In this document: one piece after another, positions 32,196 through 41,184 of the stretch
Layout: every line of letters begins with the position of its first letter
Numbering within the stretch: the stretch's first letter is position 1
Assembly: GCA_963746465.1 (NCBI GenBank)
Contig: CAVVAY010000007.1
Span: forward strand, 508,937-572,936
DNA length: 64,000 bases
Source: an uncultured Actinomycetota bacterium
Lineage (GTDB): Bacteria > Actinomycetota > Actinomycetes > JACCUZ01
Reading direction: 5' to 3'
Notes under the pieces: model-generated
What the model saw: the letters and a program-made list of their open reading frames with translations, nothing else
Databases searched by the model: none
What the model was told of the DNA's origin: nothing
Program-made: the position numbers and the translations under genes

Positions 32196-32387
32196 ATGGC
32201 GAGACCTGGAGTTGGCGAGCGGGTCGCGGGCGCTGGTCGCGAGCGGGGCATGACGACGGCGGAGTACGCCGTGGGGACTGTGGCCGCCTGCGGCTTCGGC
32301 GGCATCCTGTACAAGGTCCTCACCAGCCCAGACGTCGCGCGGATGCTCAAGGACCTCGTCGAGCGCGCGCTCAGCACTGCGTTCTGA
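32196..32387 (+). CDS. flp: Flp-family type IVb pilin
   Basis: The 63-aa product has the Flp prepilin processing motif G/MTTAEYAVGTVAA followed by a hydrophobic helix. Confidence 0.7.
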   Translation: MARPGVGERVAGAGRERGMTTAEYAVGTVAACGFGGILYKVLTSPDVARMLKDLVERALSTAF

Positions 32388-32408
32388 CGTGCTGCGTTCT
32401 GACGTGCT
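32379..32408. repeat. perfect 15-bp tandem duplication (GCGTTCTGACGTGCT x2) spanning the flp stop and the tadE start
   Basis: Read directly from the sequence. It creates two in-frame GTG candidate starts for tadE-like, at 32389 and 32404. Confidence 0.7.
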
Positions 32409-32781
32409 GCCACGACGCGCCGACGGCCCCCGGGACCGCGGGTCGGCGACCGCCGAGCTGGCTGTGGTGCTGCCGGCCGTCGTGCTGCTCGCGGTGCTCG
32501 GGGTCTGGGCGGTCGCGGTCGTGGCGGCGCACCTACGCTGTGTCGACGCCGCCGGCGCAGGCGCTCGCGCCCTGGCGCGGGGGGAGCCGGCCGGGGTGGT
32601 CGAGGGAGTCGTCGCGCAGGTCGCTCCCCGGGGAGCGGTCGTCCGGCTGGGTCGCGACGGCGACCTCGTGGTCGTCGAGGTGCGGACGACGGTCCGGCTG
32701 CCGGGCCCGTGGTCGCGGGACGGGCCGGGGGTGACCGTCGGGGACCGCGCGGTCGCCGTCGCCGAGGACACCGACCCGTGA
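32389..32781 (+). CDS. TadE/TadG-family pilus assembly (pseudopilin-like) protein
   Basis: It has the TadE N-terminal motif DRGSATAELAVVLPAVVLL. The GTG start overlaps the duplicated 15-mer. Confidence 0.7.
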   Translation: MLRSDVLPRRADGPRDRGSATAELAVVLPAVVLLAVLGVWAVAVVAAHLRCVDAAGAGARALARGEPAGVVEGVVAQVAPRGAVVRLGRDGDLVVVEVRTTVRLPGPWSRDGPGVTVGDRAVAVAEDTDP

Positions 32782-33158
32782 GGCGACGCCGACCGGTGAC
32801 GCGCTCCGCTGCCGACCGCGGGTCGGCCGGGTTGCTGATGGTGTGGGTCGCCGCGGTCGTGCTGGCGGCTACGACCGCGGCGGTGGTCTGGGGCGCAGCC
32901 GTGGTGGCCCGGCACCGCGCATCCCGGACCGCCGACCTCGCGGCACTGGCGGCGGCTCGCGAGGTGGTCTCCGGCGCCGGTCAGCCGTGCACCGCCGCAG
33001 CCCGGATCGCCGATTCGGTCGGCGCCGACGTCGCGAGCTGCCGGCTCCTGCCGGACGGCTCGGTGCTGGTGGTCGTCGAGCTACCGGTGCCGGTCGCCGT
33101 GGCGGGCCTGGACATGCCACCGGCCCGGGCGAGGGCCCGGGCCGGTGCGTCGTCCTGA
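32778..33158 (+). CDS. TadE-like protein (second pseudopilin-like gene)
   Basis: The GTG at 32778 overlaps the previous stop as GTGA. It has the motif RGSAGLLMVWVAAVVLAATTAAVV. The 149-aa track ORF starts further upstream, inside tadE-like. Confidence 0.55.
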   Translation: MRRRRPVTRSAADRGSAGLLMVWVAAVVLAATTAAVVWGAAVVARHRASRTADLAALAAAREVVSGAGQPCTAAARIADSVGADVASCRLLPDGSVLVVVELPVPVAVAGLDMPPARARARAGASS

Positions 33159-33172
33159 AACGAGGCCGGTCG

Positions 33173-33711
33173 TCAGACCTCGTCGCGGTGCCGGCCGGAG
33201 GTGGAGGTGGAGGTGCTGGCCGCCTCGTCGTGCGTGGTGAGGTCGGTGTGCTGGTGCTCCACCCGGCCGTCGCTGCCGACCGTGTCCGGTCGCATCGCGG
33301 TCGAGCCGGGGCGCTCGGCCACGGTCTCGTCGTTGACCGCGGCGGTCTCGCCGGTGGTGGTGGTGCGGGGTCGGGCCGACGGTCGCGGGCGAGCTTCTCC
33401 TGCAGCTGCTCGTTCTCGGCCCGCAGCTGGGCGCGCTCCTCCTCGATCTTCGAGACCGACTCGCGCTGGCGCGACCTGGTCTCCTTGCGCTCGAGGCGCT
33501 TGCGACGCGACCTGGCGAGCGACTTCATCAGCAGGTACACACCGAGGAAGAACAGCAGCATCGTCGCGATACCGGCGACGAAGACGCCGCTGACGGTGGT
33601 GCCGATCGTCTGGCCGAAGACCTCGAACTCAGCGTCCTCACCGCCGTCGTAGATGGCACCGGCGGTCACAGCGGCAGCAACGATCATGAACAGAAGGCCG
33701 AGAGCCAACAT
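33173..33711 (-). CDS. membrane protein with two TM helices plus a coiled coil, apparently frameshifted at a (CCA)4 run
   Basis: The N-terminal 110 aa are in the frame of the 33711 start. Beyond about 33365 GC3 collapses in that frame. GC3 is very high in the -1 frame, which terminates at 33173 with ...DEAASTSTSTSGRHRDEV*. The 280-aa track ORF ending at 32869 is rejected as an artefact. Confidence 0.45.
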
Positions 33712-33757
33712 GGATTACCCCTTTCGCTGCCGACCCCTTGCCCCGGGGACGCGGGCT

Positions 33758-36112
33758 TCATGCACCTGCCGGCCGGCTGTCGCCGAGCACCACCGCGAGC
33801 AGCTGCAAGGCGCCAGCCTTGTCCAGCGGCTCGTTGCCGTTGCCGCACTTGGGCGACTGCACACAGGACGGACACCCCTCGAGGCACTCGCAGGCTGCGA
33901 TCGCGTCGTAGGTCGCGGTGAGCCACTCGACGGCCGCCCCGTGCCCGCGCTCGGCGAACCCCGCCCCGCCTGGGTGCCCGTCGTACACGAAGACCGTCAT
34001 CCGGCCGGTGTCGGCGTGGTGCGCGGTCGACACCCCGCCGATGTCCCACCGGTCGCAGGTCGCGAACAGCGGCAGCAGCCCGATCGACGCGTGCTCGGCG
34101 GCGTGCGCGGCGCCCGGTACGTCGAGCGCGCCAAGGCCGGCCCGCTCCAGCCCGGCATCGTCGACCGTCCACCAGACCGCCCGGGTCCGCAGGTGCCGGG
34201 GCGGCAGGTCCAGCGGCTCCTCGCCGAGCACCTCACCGGTGATCATCCGGCGGCGCAGGAAGGACACCACCTGGTTGGTCACCTGCACGGTGCCGAACGA
34301 GAGCGTGACGTGCTCCCACTCCCGTGAGCGGGCGGTCTCGACGATCTCGATCTCGGTGACGTCACGGGCCACCGTCGACCAGTCCGGCGCCGCCCGGGCC
34401 ATCCGGGCGACCTGGTCGGCGAGGTCCAGCTCGGACACCAGGTACGTCTCGCCCTGGTGCACGTAGACCGCGCCGGCGTGCACCGTCACGTGCGAGGCCG
34501 CCCCGTCGACGGTGCCCAGCAGCCGCCCGGTGCCCTCCTCGACCAGGCCCACCGGCCCGGACCCGACGCCGCGGATGTCGGCCAGGTCGCTGGCCCGCTC
34601 CGCCCGGGTCCAGTACAGACCGGGTGCCCGGCGGCGCAGCATCCCGCGGGAGACCAGGTGGTCGGCCACCTGGTCGGCGTCCGGCGCGAAGGCCGTCAGC
34701 TCGTCGTCCCGCAGCGGTGGCAGCTCGGCGGCGGCCGCGCACAGGTGCGGCGCCAGCACGTGCGGGTTGCCCGGGTCGAGCACCGTCGCCTCGACGGGGC
34801 GCCCGAACAGCGTCTCGGGGTGGTGGGTGAGGTAGGTGTCCAGCGGGTCGTCCCGGGCGACCATGACCGCGAGGGCGCCCTGGCCGGCGCGACCGGCCCG
34901 CCCGGCCTGCTGCCACAGCGAGGCCCGGGTGCCCGGCCACCCGGCGAGCAGCACGGCGTCCAGCCCGGCCACGTCGACCCCGAGCTCCAACGCGGTCGTC
35001 GACGCCACCCCGAGCAGCCGGCCGGACTGCAGGTCGGCCTCCAGCGCGCGCCGCTCCTCGGGCAGGTAGCCGGCGCGGTAGGCCGCCACCCGCGCGGCCA
35101 GGTCGGGGTCGACCTCCGCCAGCAGCCGCCGGGTGGTGGACGACACGGTCTCGGCCGCGCGCCGGGAGCGGACGAAGGCCACCGTGCGCACACCGTCGGC
35201 GACCAGGTCGGCCAGCAGGTCGGCCACCTCGGCGGTGGCGCTCCGGCGTACCGGCGCCTGGTTCTCACCCGCCAGCTCGGTCAGTGGCGGCTCCCACAGC
35301 GCGAACAACAGCTCGCCCCGCGGGGACCCGTCCTCGGTGACCGGCACCACCTCGCGGCCGACCAGCCGGGCGCCGGACACCTCCGGGTCGGTGACCGTCG
35401 CCGACGCCAGGACGAACACCGGGTCGGCGCCGTAGTGGGCGCAGACCCGCTGCAGCCGCCGGAGCACCGCCGCTACGTGCGACCCGAACACCCCGCGGTA
35501 TCGGTGGCACTCGTCGACCACGACGTACTGCAGGTCGCGGAAGAACCGGGCCCACCGGGGGTGCCCCGGCAGCATCGACCGGTGCAGCATGTCGGGGTTG
35601 GTCAGCACGTACGACGCGTGCCGGCGCACCCAGTCGCGGGACTCGGTCGGCGTGTCACCGTCGTAGGTCGCGGCACGCACCGCCTCCAGACCGAGCCCGC
35701 CCAGGGCGCGCAGCTGGTCGGCTGCCAGTGCCTTGGTGGGGGAGAGGTAGAGCGTGGTCGGAGGCGTCGCGACCCCGCCCGCCTCGGCCGACTCGAGCAC
35801 GGCCGACAGCGCGGGCAGCAGGTAGCAGAGCGACTTGCCGGACGCCGTGCCGGTTGCCACCACGGTCGACCGCCCGGCGCGGGCCAGCTCGGCCGCCTGC
35901 ACCTGGTGCGACCAGGGGGCAGTGACGCCGCTCGTGACCAGCGCCTCGACGACCGCCGGATGGGTCCAGGTCGGCCAGTCGACCGGCCGTCCGGGCCGCC
36001 CCGGCACCCGCTCGACGTGGGTGAGCCGGTCGCGCCGGCCGGTCGGCGCGACCAACCGGGCCAGCCGCTCGTCCGCCAGGCTCGCGGCCGGGAGCGGGTG
36101 GGGCTGCGGCAC
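33758..36112 (-). CDS. DEAD/DEAH-box helicase with C-terminal DUF1998 (MrfA/YprA-like)
   Basis: It has Walker [10 protein letters not shown], a DECH box, SAT, motif [10 protein letters not shown] and a C-terminal cysteine cluster [25 protein letters not shown]. The GTG at 36112 is preferred. GC3 drops upstream of it. It is syntenic with Mtb Rv3649. Confidence 0.85.
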   Translation of the reverse strand: MPQPHPLPAASLADERLARLVAPTGRRDRLTHVERVPGRPGRPVDWPTWTHPAVVEALVTSGVTAPWSHQVQAAELARAGRSTVVATGTASGKSLCYLLPALSAVLESAEAGGVATPPTTLYLSPTKALAADQLRALGGLGLEAVRAATYDGDTPTESRDWVRRHASYVLTNPDMLHRSMLPGHPRWARFFRDLQYVVVDECHRYRGVFGSHVAAVLRRLQRVCAHYGADPVFVLASATVTDPEVSGARLVGREVVPVTEDGSPRGELLFALWEPPLTELAGENQAPVRRSATAEVADLLADLVADGVRTVAFVRSRRAAETVSSTTRRLLAEVDPDLAARVAAYRAGYLPEERRALEADLQSGRLLGVASTTALELGVDVAGLDAVLLAGWPGTRASLWQQAGRAGRAGQGALAVMVARDDPLDTYLTHHPETLFGRPVEATVLDPGNPHVLAPHLCAAAAELPPLRDDELTAFAPDADQVADHLVSRGMLRRRAPGLYWTRAERASDLADIRGVGSGPVGLVEEGTGRLLGTVDGAASHVTVHAGAVYVHQGETYLVSELDLADQVARMARAAPDWSTVARDVTEIEIVETARSREWEHVTLSFGTVQVTNQVVSFLRRRMITGEVLGEEPLDLPPRHLRTRAVWWTVDDAGLERAGLGALDVPGAAHAAEHASIGLLPLFATCDRWDIGGVSTAHHADTGRMTVFVYDGHPGGAGFAERGHGAAVEWLTATYDAIAACECLEGCPSCVQSPKCGNGNEPLDKAGALQLLAVVLGDSRPAGA

Positions 36113-36242
36113 CTCGGCAGTGTGCCACCCGCGTACGACATGGCCGGGGATGGTTGAATGCGACCGGTCACGGGGCACACCCGGGGCAGCAGACACCCGG
36201 CAGAACGTGCCCGACCGGACCCCGACGACAGCAGGAGGACTT

Positions 36243-36584
36243 GTGGACCTCTCCCTCTCGACCCGTACCGAGGGCGACCGCACCATCGTCGAGGTGGGTG
36301 GCGAGATCGACGTCTACACCGCCCCGCGGCTCCGCGAGCAGCTGGTCGACCTGGTCGCCGACGGCAAGTACCACCTCGTCGTCGACATGGAGCGGGTCGA
36401 CTTCCTCGACTCCACCGGGCTCGGCGTCCTGGTCGGCGGCCTCAAGCGGGTCCGCGCCCACGACGGCTCCCTGCGCCTGGTCTGCACCCAGGAGCGCATC
36501 CTGAAGATCTTCCGGATCACCGGGCTCACCAAGGTCTTCCCGATCCACGCGTCGGTCGAGGAAGCGGTCGCAGCCACCGAGTGA
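36243..36584 (+). CDS. anti-sigma factor antagonist (STAS domain, SpoIIAA-like)
   Basis: The GTG start has an AGGAGG Shine-Dalgarno 4-5 nt upstream. It has the [14 protein letters not shown] motif with the phosphorylatable Ser/Thr. Confidence 0.85.
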   Translation: MDLSLSTRTEGDRTIVEVGGEIDVYTAPRLREQLVDLVADGKYHLVVDMERVDFLDSTGLGVLVGGLKRVRAHDGSLRLVCTQERILKIFRITGLTKVFPIHASVEEAVAATE

Positions 36585-36630
36585 CCGCGTCGCCCTCAGC
36601 GTTCTCCGACCCAGTGCAGGAAGGTCCCGT

Positions 36631-37062
36631 GTGGCCACGGTAGAGCTCCGGTTCAGCGCGCTGCCGGCGCACGTCCGCACCGCCCGGCTGGTGGCCGCAG
36701 CCGTCGCCCGCCGCTCCGGGGTCGACGAGGCAGTCCTGGACGAGGTGCGCCTCGCGGTGGGCGAGGCCTGCTCGAGAGCCGTGCACCTGCACCGCCGGCA
36801 CTGCCCGCACCGCCCCGTCCTGGTCACCCTGGTCGACGACATCGACGCCTTCCGGGTCGCGGTGACCGACGAGGCACCGACCCAGCTCGACGGCGGCGAG
36901 GGGTTCGGGGCGCTGACCGACGTCGCCGACCTGGTCGACGCCGAGGCGGTCCCGCCGGGCGTGGGCCTGGCCGTGATCTCCGGCCTGGTCGACGACGTGG
37001 TCGTCGAGCCGGGCCGGGACACCGGTGCTGTCATCCGGATGACCTGGCCCACCGCGGGCTAG
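36631..37062 (+). CDS. anti-sigma regulatory factor (RsbW-like HATPase_c serine kinase)
   Basis: The 143-aa product has N-terminal ARLVAAAVARRSG and a later GEACSRAV, the N-box of a GHKL fold. It lies immediately downstream of the STAS gene. Confidence 0.65.
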   Translation: MATVELRFSALPAHVRTARLVAAAVARRSGVDEAVLDEVRLAVGEACSRAVHLHRRHCPHRPVLVTLVDDIDAFRVAVTDEAPTQLDGGEGFGALTDVADLVDAEAVPPGVGLAVISGLVDDVVVEPGRDTGAVIRMTWPTAG

Positions 37063-37176
37063 CCCGGCCCTCTCGCCGACCCGGTTTGGGTCCGGCGGCG
37101 GCGGCTGCGTAGACTCCGGCGGCGCTGGGTCCACCTCCGCCCGTGAAACAGCCGTCGGGCTGCCGGGGTCGGGCCC

Positions 37177-37195
37177 CGAGGGGTGTGTCCCCTCG
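37177..37195. promoter_or_regulatory. hairpin CGAGGGG-tgtgt-CCCCTCG in the hppA 5' region, followed by a second hairpin CCACCGC-ggtg-CGGTGG at about 37217-37238
   Basis: Read from the sequence in the 190-bp intergenic region upstream of hppA. Confidence 0.3.
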
Positions 37196-37254
37196 CGCGC
37201 TACTCGGTCCGGGTTACCACCGCGGTGCGGTGGCGCCCACGTCTAGGAGGACGC

Positions 37255-39594
37255 ATGTCGGGGCTCACCCGTGCCGCCAGCGGTGACACGCTCGATCTGA
37301 GCGGCGCCAACCTCAGCTACGTCGTGGTGGTCGCGGCCATCGCGCTCGTCGCGCTCGGCTTCGCCGTGTCCCTGCGCCGCAGCGTGCTCGCCGCCGGCCA
37401 GGGCACCGAGAAGATGCAGAGCATCGCGGCCGCCGTGCAGGAGGGCGCCTCGGCGTTCCTCACCCGGCAGTTCAAGACCCTGGCCGCCTTCGCCGTCCTC
37501 GCGCTGGTGCTGCTGAGCCTGCTGCCGGCCGACACCGCCGGCATCAGGATCGGCCGGTCGGCCTTCTTCGTCGTCGGCGCGGGCTTCTCGGCCTTCATCG
37601 CGTACGCCGGCATGGGGCTGGCCACCCGTGCCAACCTCCGGGTCGCGGCCGCCGCGCGTGAGGCGGACGGCGCGGCCACGGCCATGCGCATCGCGTTCCG
37701 CACCGGTGGCGTCGTGGGCTTCCTCACGGTCGGCCTCGGCCTGCTGGGCGCCGCCTCGGTCGTCTTCATCTTCGAGGGCGACGCCCCGACCGTGCTCGAG
37801 GGCTTCGGCTTCGGCGCCGCCCTGCTGGCCATGTTCATCCGGGTCGGCGGCGGCATCTTCACCAAGGCCGCCGACGTCGGCGCGGACCTGGTCGGCAAGG
37901 TCGAGCAGGGCATCCCCGAGGACGACCCGCGCAACGCCGCCACGATCGCCGACAACGTCGGGGACAACGTCGGCGACTGCGCCGGCATGGCCGCGGACCT
38001 CTTCGAGTCGTACGCCGTGATGCTGGTCGCCGCGCTGATCCTCGGCAAGGCCGCCTTCGGCGAGGAGGGCCTGGTCTTCCCCCTGATCGTCCCGGCCATC
38101 GGTGCCGTCACCGCGATCATCGGCGTCTTCCTCACCAAGCTGCGTCCCACCGACCGCAACGGCATGCAGGCCATCAACCGCGCCTTCTTCACCTCGGCCG
38201 CGATCTCGGCGGTGCTGTGCGCGATCGCCGCGTTCATCTACCTGCCGGGCAACCTGTCCGAGCTGGCCGACGTCCCGAAGGACATCGTCGCCGACGCCGG
38301 CGACCGCGACCCGCGGCTGCTCGCCATCGGCGCCGTGGTCATCGGCATCGTCCTGGCGTCCGTGATCCAGCTGCTCACCGGCTACTTCACCGAGTCGAGC
38401 AAGCGCCCGGTGCAGGACATCGTCCGCACCTCGCTCACCGGTCCGGCCACCGTCATCCTGTCCGGCTTCACCGTCGGTCTCGAGTCAGCTGTCTACACGG
38501 CGCTGCTGATCGGCTCGGCCGTGTTCGGCGCCTACCTGCTCGGCGGCGGCTCGGTCATTCTCGGCCTGTTCTGCGTCGCGCTCGCCGGTACCGGCCTGCT
38601 CACCACGGTCGGCGTCATCGTCGCGATGGACACCTTCGGCCCGATCTCGGACAACGCCCAGGGCATCGCCGAGATGTCCGGCGACATCGACGAGGCCGGC
38701 GCCCGGGTGCTCACCGACCTCGACGCGGTCGGCAACACGACCAAGGCGATCACCAAGGGCATCGCGATCTCGACCGCGGTCCTCGCGGCCACCGCGCTGT
38801 TCGGGTCGTTCACCGACTCGGTCAAGACCGCGGTCACCGACACCGGTGCCCAGCTCGACGACAACGTCCGCAACCTGCAGTACACCGGCGTGCTCAACGT
38901 CTCGGACCCGAAGAACCTGGTCGGCCTGATCATCGGCGCGTCCGTGGTCTTCATGTTCTCCTCGCTGGCCATCAACGCGGTGACCCGCGCGGCCGGCGCG
39001 ATCGTCTTCGAGGTGCGCCGCCAGTTCCGCGAGATCCCCGGGATCATGGAGGGCACCGCCAAGCCGGAGTACGGCAAGGTCGTCGACATCTGCACCCGCG
39101 ACTCGCTGCGCGAGCTGGCCACCCCGGGTCTGCTCGCCGTCCTGGCCCCGATCGCCGTGGGCTTCGGCCTCGGGGTCGGCGCGCTGGGCTCCTACCTGGC
39201 GGGCGCCATCGCCACCGGCACCCTGATGGCGATCCTGCTGGCGAACTCCGGCGGTGCGTGGGACAACGCCAAGAAGCTGGTCGAGGACGGCGCCAACGGG
39301 GGCAAGGGCTCGCCGGCGCACGAGGCCACCGTCATCGGTGACACCGTCGGCGACCCGTTCAAGGACACCGCCGGACCGGCCATCAACCCGCTGATCAAGG
39401 TGATGAACCTGGTGTCCCTGCTGATCGCACCGGCCGTCGTGTCGCTGTCGGTCGGCGACGACGCCAACACCGGTCTGCGGATCCTGGTCGCGCTGGCCGC
39501 GGCGGCGATCATCGTCGGAGCCGTGGTGTTCTCCAAGCGCAAGAGCATCGCGGTCGCCGAGGAGAAGGACGAGGCCGGCCTCGCCCAGGTCTGA
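37255..39594 (+). CDS. hppA: membrane-bound proton-translocating pyrophosphatase (H+-PPase)
   Basis: The ATG has an AGGAGG Shine-Dalgarno 4 nt upstream. The product is 779 aa with the conserved motifs GGIFTKAADVGADLVGKVE and DNVGDNVGDCAGMAADLFES. Confidence 0.9.
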   Translation: MSGLTRAASGDTLDLSGANLSYVVVVAAIALVALGFAVSLRRSVLAAGQGTEKMQSIAAAVQEGASAFLTRQFKTLAAFAVLALVLLSLLPADTAGIRIGRSAFFVVGAGFSAFIAYAGMGLATRANLRVAAAAREADGAATAMRIAFRTGGVVGFLTVGLGLLGAASVVFIFEGDAPTVLEGFGFGAALLAMFIRVGGGIFTKAADVGADLVGKVEQGIPEDDPRNAATIADNVGDNVGDCAGMAADLFESYAVMLVAALILGKAAFGEEGLVFPLIVPAIGAVTAIIGVFLTKLRPTDRNGMQAINRAFFTSAAISAVLCAIAAFIYLPGNLSELADVPKDIVADAGDRDPRLLAIGAVVIGIVLASVIQLLTGYFTESSKRPVQDIVRTSLTGPATVILSGFTVGLESAVYTALLIGSAVFGAYLLGGGSVILGLFCVALAGTGLLTTVGVIVAMDTFGPISDNAQGIAEMSGDIDEAGARVLTDLDAVGNTTKAITKGIAISTAVLAATALFGSFTDSVKTAVTDTGAQLDDNVRNLQYTGVLNVSDPKNLVGLIIGASVVFMFSSLAINAVTRAAGAIVFEVRRQFREIPGIMEGTAKPEYGKVVDICTRDSLRELATPGLLAVLAPIAVGFGLGVGALGSYLAGAIATGTLMAILLANSGGAWDNAKKLVEDGANGGKGSPAHEATVIGDTVGDPFKDTAGPAINPLIKVMNLVSLLIAPAVVSLSVGDDANTGLRILVALAAAAIIVGAVVFSKRKSIAVAEEKDEAGLAQV

Positions 39595-39640
39595 TCTCCT
39601 CCGGGACGCCTTCGTCGCGGCCGGCTACACCGTTGACGGT

Positions 39641-41110
39641 GTGGCCGGCCGCCTCGGTCCGGTCGCTTCCGACGCGCTGGCGCGGCTGGAGACGGTCCCG
39701 GCTCGTCGGGCCTCTACCGGTGGCGATGCCCTCGACACCCTGATCCGGCTGTTCCTGCTGCAGCTGCCGGTGCCGCAGGAGGCCGCGAGCCGGGCCCTGC
39801 CGCTGAAGGCGGCCGTCGACCTCGGCGTGCTCTACGCCGACGGAGACGAGGTGCACGCCCGTCTCGATGTCCGACCGCACAGTCCAAAGGGCGATCACGC
39901 TGGCTACCGCGGCCGGCGCGACGCTGCGGAGGCTGGCGGTGACGACCTCTGGTGGGTGGTCTCCGACCTCGGCACCGGGCTGGACGGCGCCGGCGACCCG
40001 CTGCCGGCCGAGCACGTCCTCGGTGTCGGCGGTGCCTCGACCACCCTCGCCCAGCTCACCCCGCGGGCCACGGTGGGGCGCGTCCTGGACGTCGGCACCG
40101 GCTCGGGGGTGCAGGCGCTGCACGCGTCGCGGCACTCCCGCGAGGTCGTCGCGACCGACGTCTCGGCCCGCGCCCTTCAGCTCGCCGGCCTCACGGCCGC
40201 GCTGTCCGGCGTACAGGTGGACCTCCGGCTCGGGGACCTGCTCGAGCCGGTCCGCGGCGAGACCTTCGACCTGGTCGTGAGCAACCCGCCGTTCGTCATC
40301 GGTGCGCCGCCCGGCAACACCCGGCACACCTACCGGGACAGCGGGCTGCCCCTGGACACCGTCGGCGCGCGGCTCGCCGGCGAGGCGCCGGGCCTGCTCG
40401 CCGACGGCGGCACGTTGGTGATGCTCGCCAACTGGGTGCTGCGCGACGGCGAGCCGTGGGACGAGCGGGTGGCCGGCTGGTTGCCCGAGCACGGCGTCGA
40501 CGCGCTGGTGGTGCAGCGCGAGACCCTGGACCCGGCGGCGTACGTCGGCACCTGGCTGCGTGACGCGGGCGAGCGCGGCTCCCCGGGCTACCTCTCGCGG
40601 TACGACGGGTGGCTGGCCGCGCTCGACCACGACCGCGTGGCGGGCATCGGGTTCGGCTTCCTGGTCGTGCGCCGCACCGCCGCCGACCGCCGGGTGACCA
40701 CGCTGGACTGGCCGCACCCGGTGGAGCAGCCGCTCGGCCCGCACCTGGCCGCCTGGCTGGACCGGCAGCGCTGGCTGGCCGCCCGCGAGGACGACGCGGC
40801 CCTGGCAGCAGCGACCGTCACGGTGGCCCCGGACGTCGTGCAGGAGCAGGTCGGGCAGCCCGGGGCGGAAGACCCGGAGCACGTCGTGCTGCGCCAGCAG
40901 ACCGGGCTGCGCCGCGCCTTCAGCAGCGACACGGCAACCGCTGCGCTGGTCGGTGCGTGCGACGGGACGCTGCCCGTGTGCACACTGATCGCCGCCGTCC
41001 AGCAGGTGCTCGGCGATGACGACGGCACCGGGGCCGTACCCGCTTCCGGGGAGCTGCTGCGCCAGGTGCGCCTGCTGGTCGAGGCAGGCGTGCTGGCACC
41101 ATCGGTTTGA
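39641..41110 (+). CDS. class I SAM-dependent methyltransferase (HemK/PrmC-like, NPPF motif) with an N-terminal accessory domain
   Basis: It has the GTGSGVQAL SAM motif and the VSNPPF catalytic motif. The first available start is the GTG at 39641, but the in-frame upstream sequence still looks protein-like (see findings). Confidence 0.7.
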   Translation: MAGRLGPVASDALARLETVPARRASTGGDALDTLIRLFLLQLPVPQEAASRALPLKAAVDLGVLYADGDEVHARLDVRPHSPKGDHAGYRGRRDAAEAGGDDLWWVVSDLGTGLDGAGDPLPAEHVLGVGGASTTLAQLTPRATVGRVLDVGTGSGVQALHASRHSREVVATDVSARALQLAGLTAALSGVQVDLRLGDLLEPVRGETFDLVVSNPPFVIGAPPGNTRHTYRDSGLPLDTVGARLAGEAPGLLADGGTLVMLANWVLRDGEPWDERVAGWLPEHGVDALVVQRETLDPAAYVGTWLRDAGERGSPGYLSRYDGWLAALDHDRVAGIGFGFLVVRRTAADRRVTTLDWPHPVEQPLGPHLAAWLDRQRWLAAREDDAALAAATVTVAPDVVQEQVGQPGAEDPEHVVLRQQTGLRRAFSSDTATAALVGACDGTLPVCTLIAAVQQVLGDDDGTGAVPASGELLRQVRLLVEAGVLAPSV

Positions 41111-41184
41111 CAGCGGTTGTCATCCTTAGCGCGCAACCGCCGTACGGCAAGACGTAGACGGACGACGACAGGACAGGCAGGGAC

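Noticed and set aside
32869-33711. 280-aa version of the membrane coiled-coil gene with a 170-residue Pro/Arg-rich tail
   Set aside because: GC3 collapses after the (CCA)4 run and the tail runs antisense through tadE-like genes. The frame-corrected shorter product ending at 33173 is preferred.
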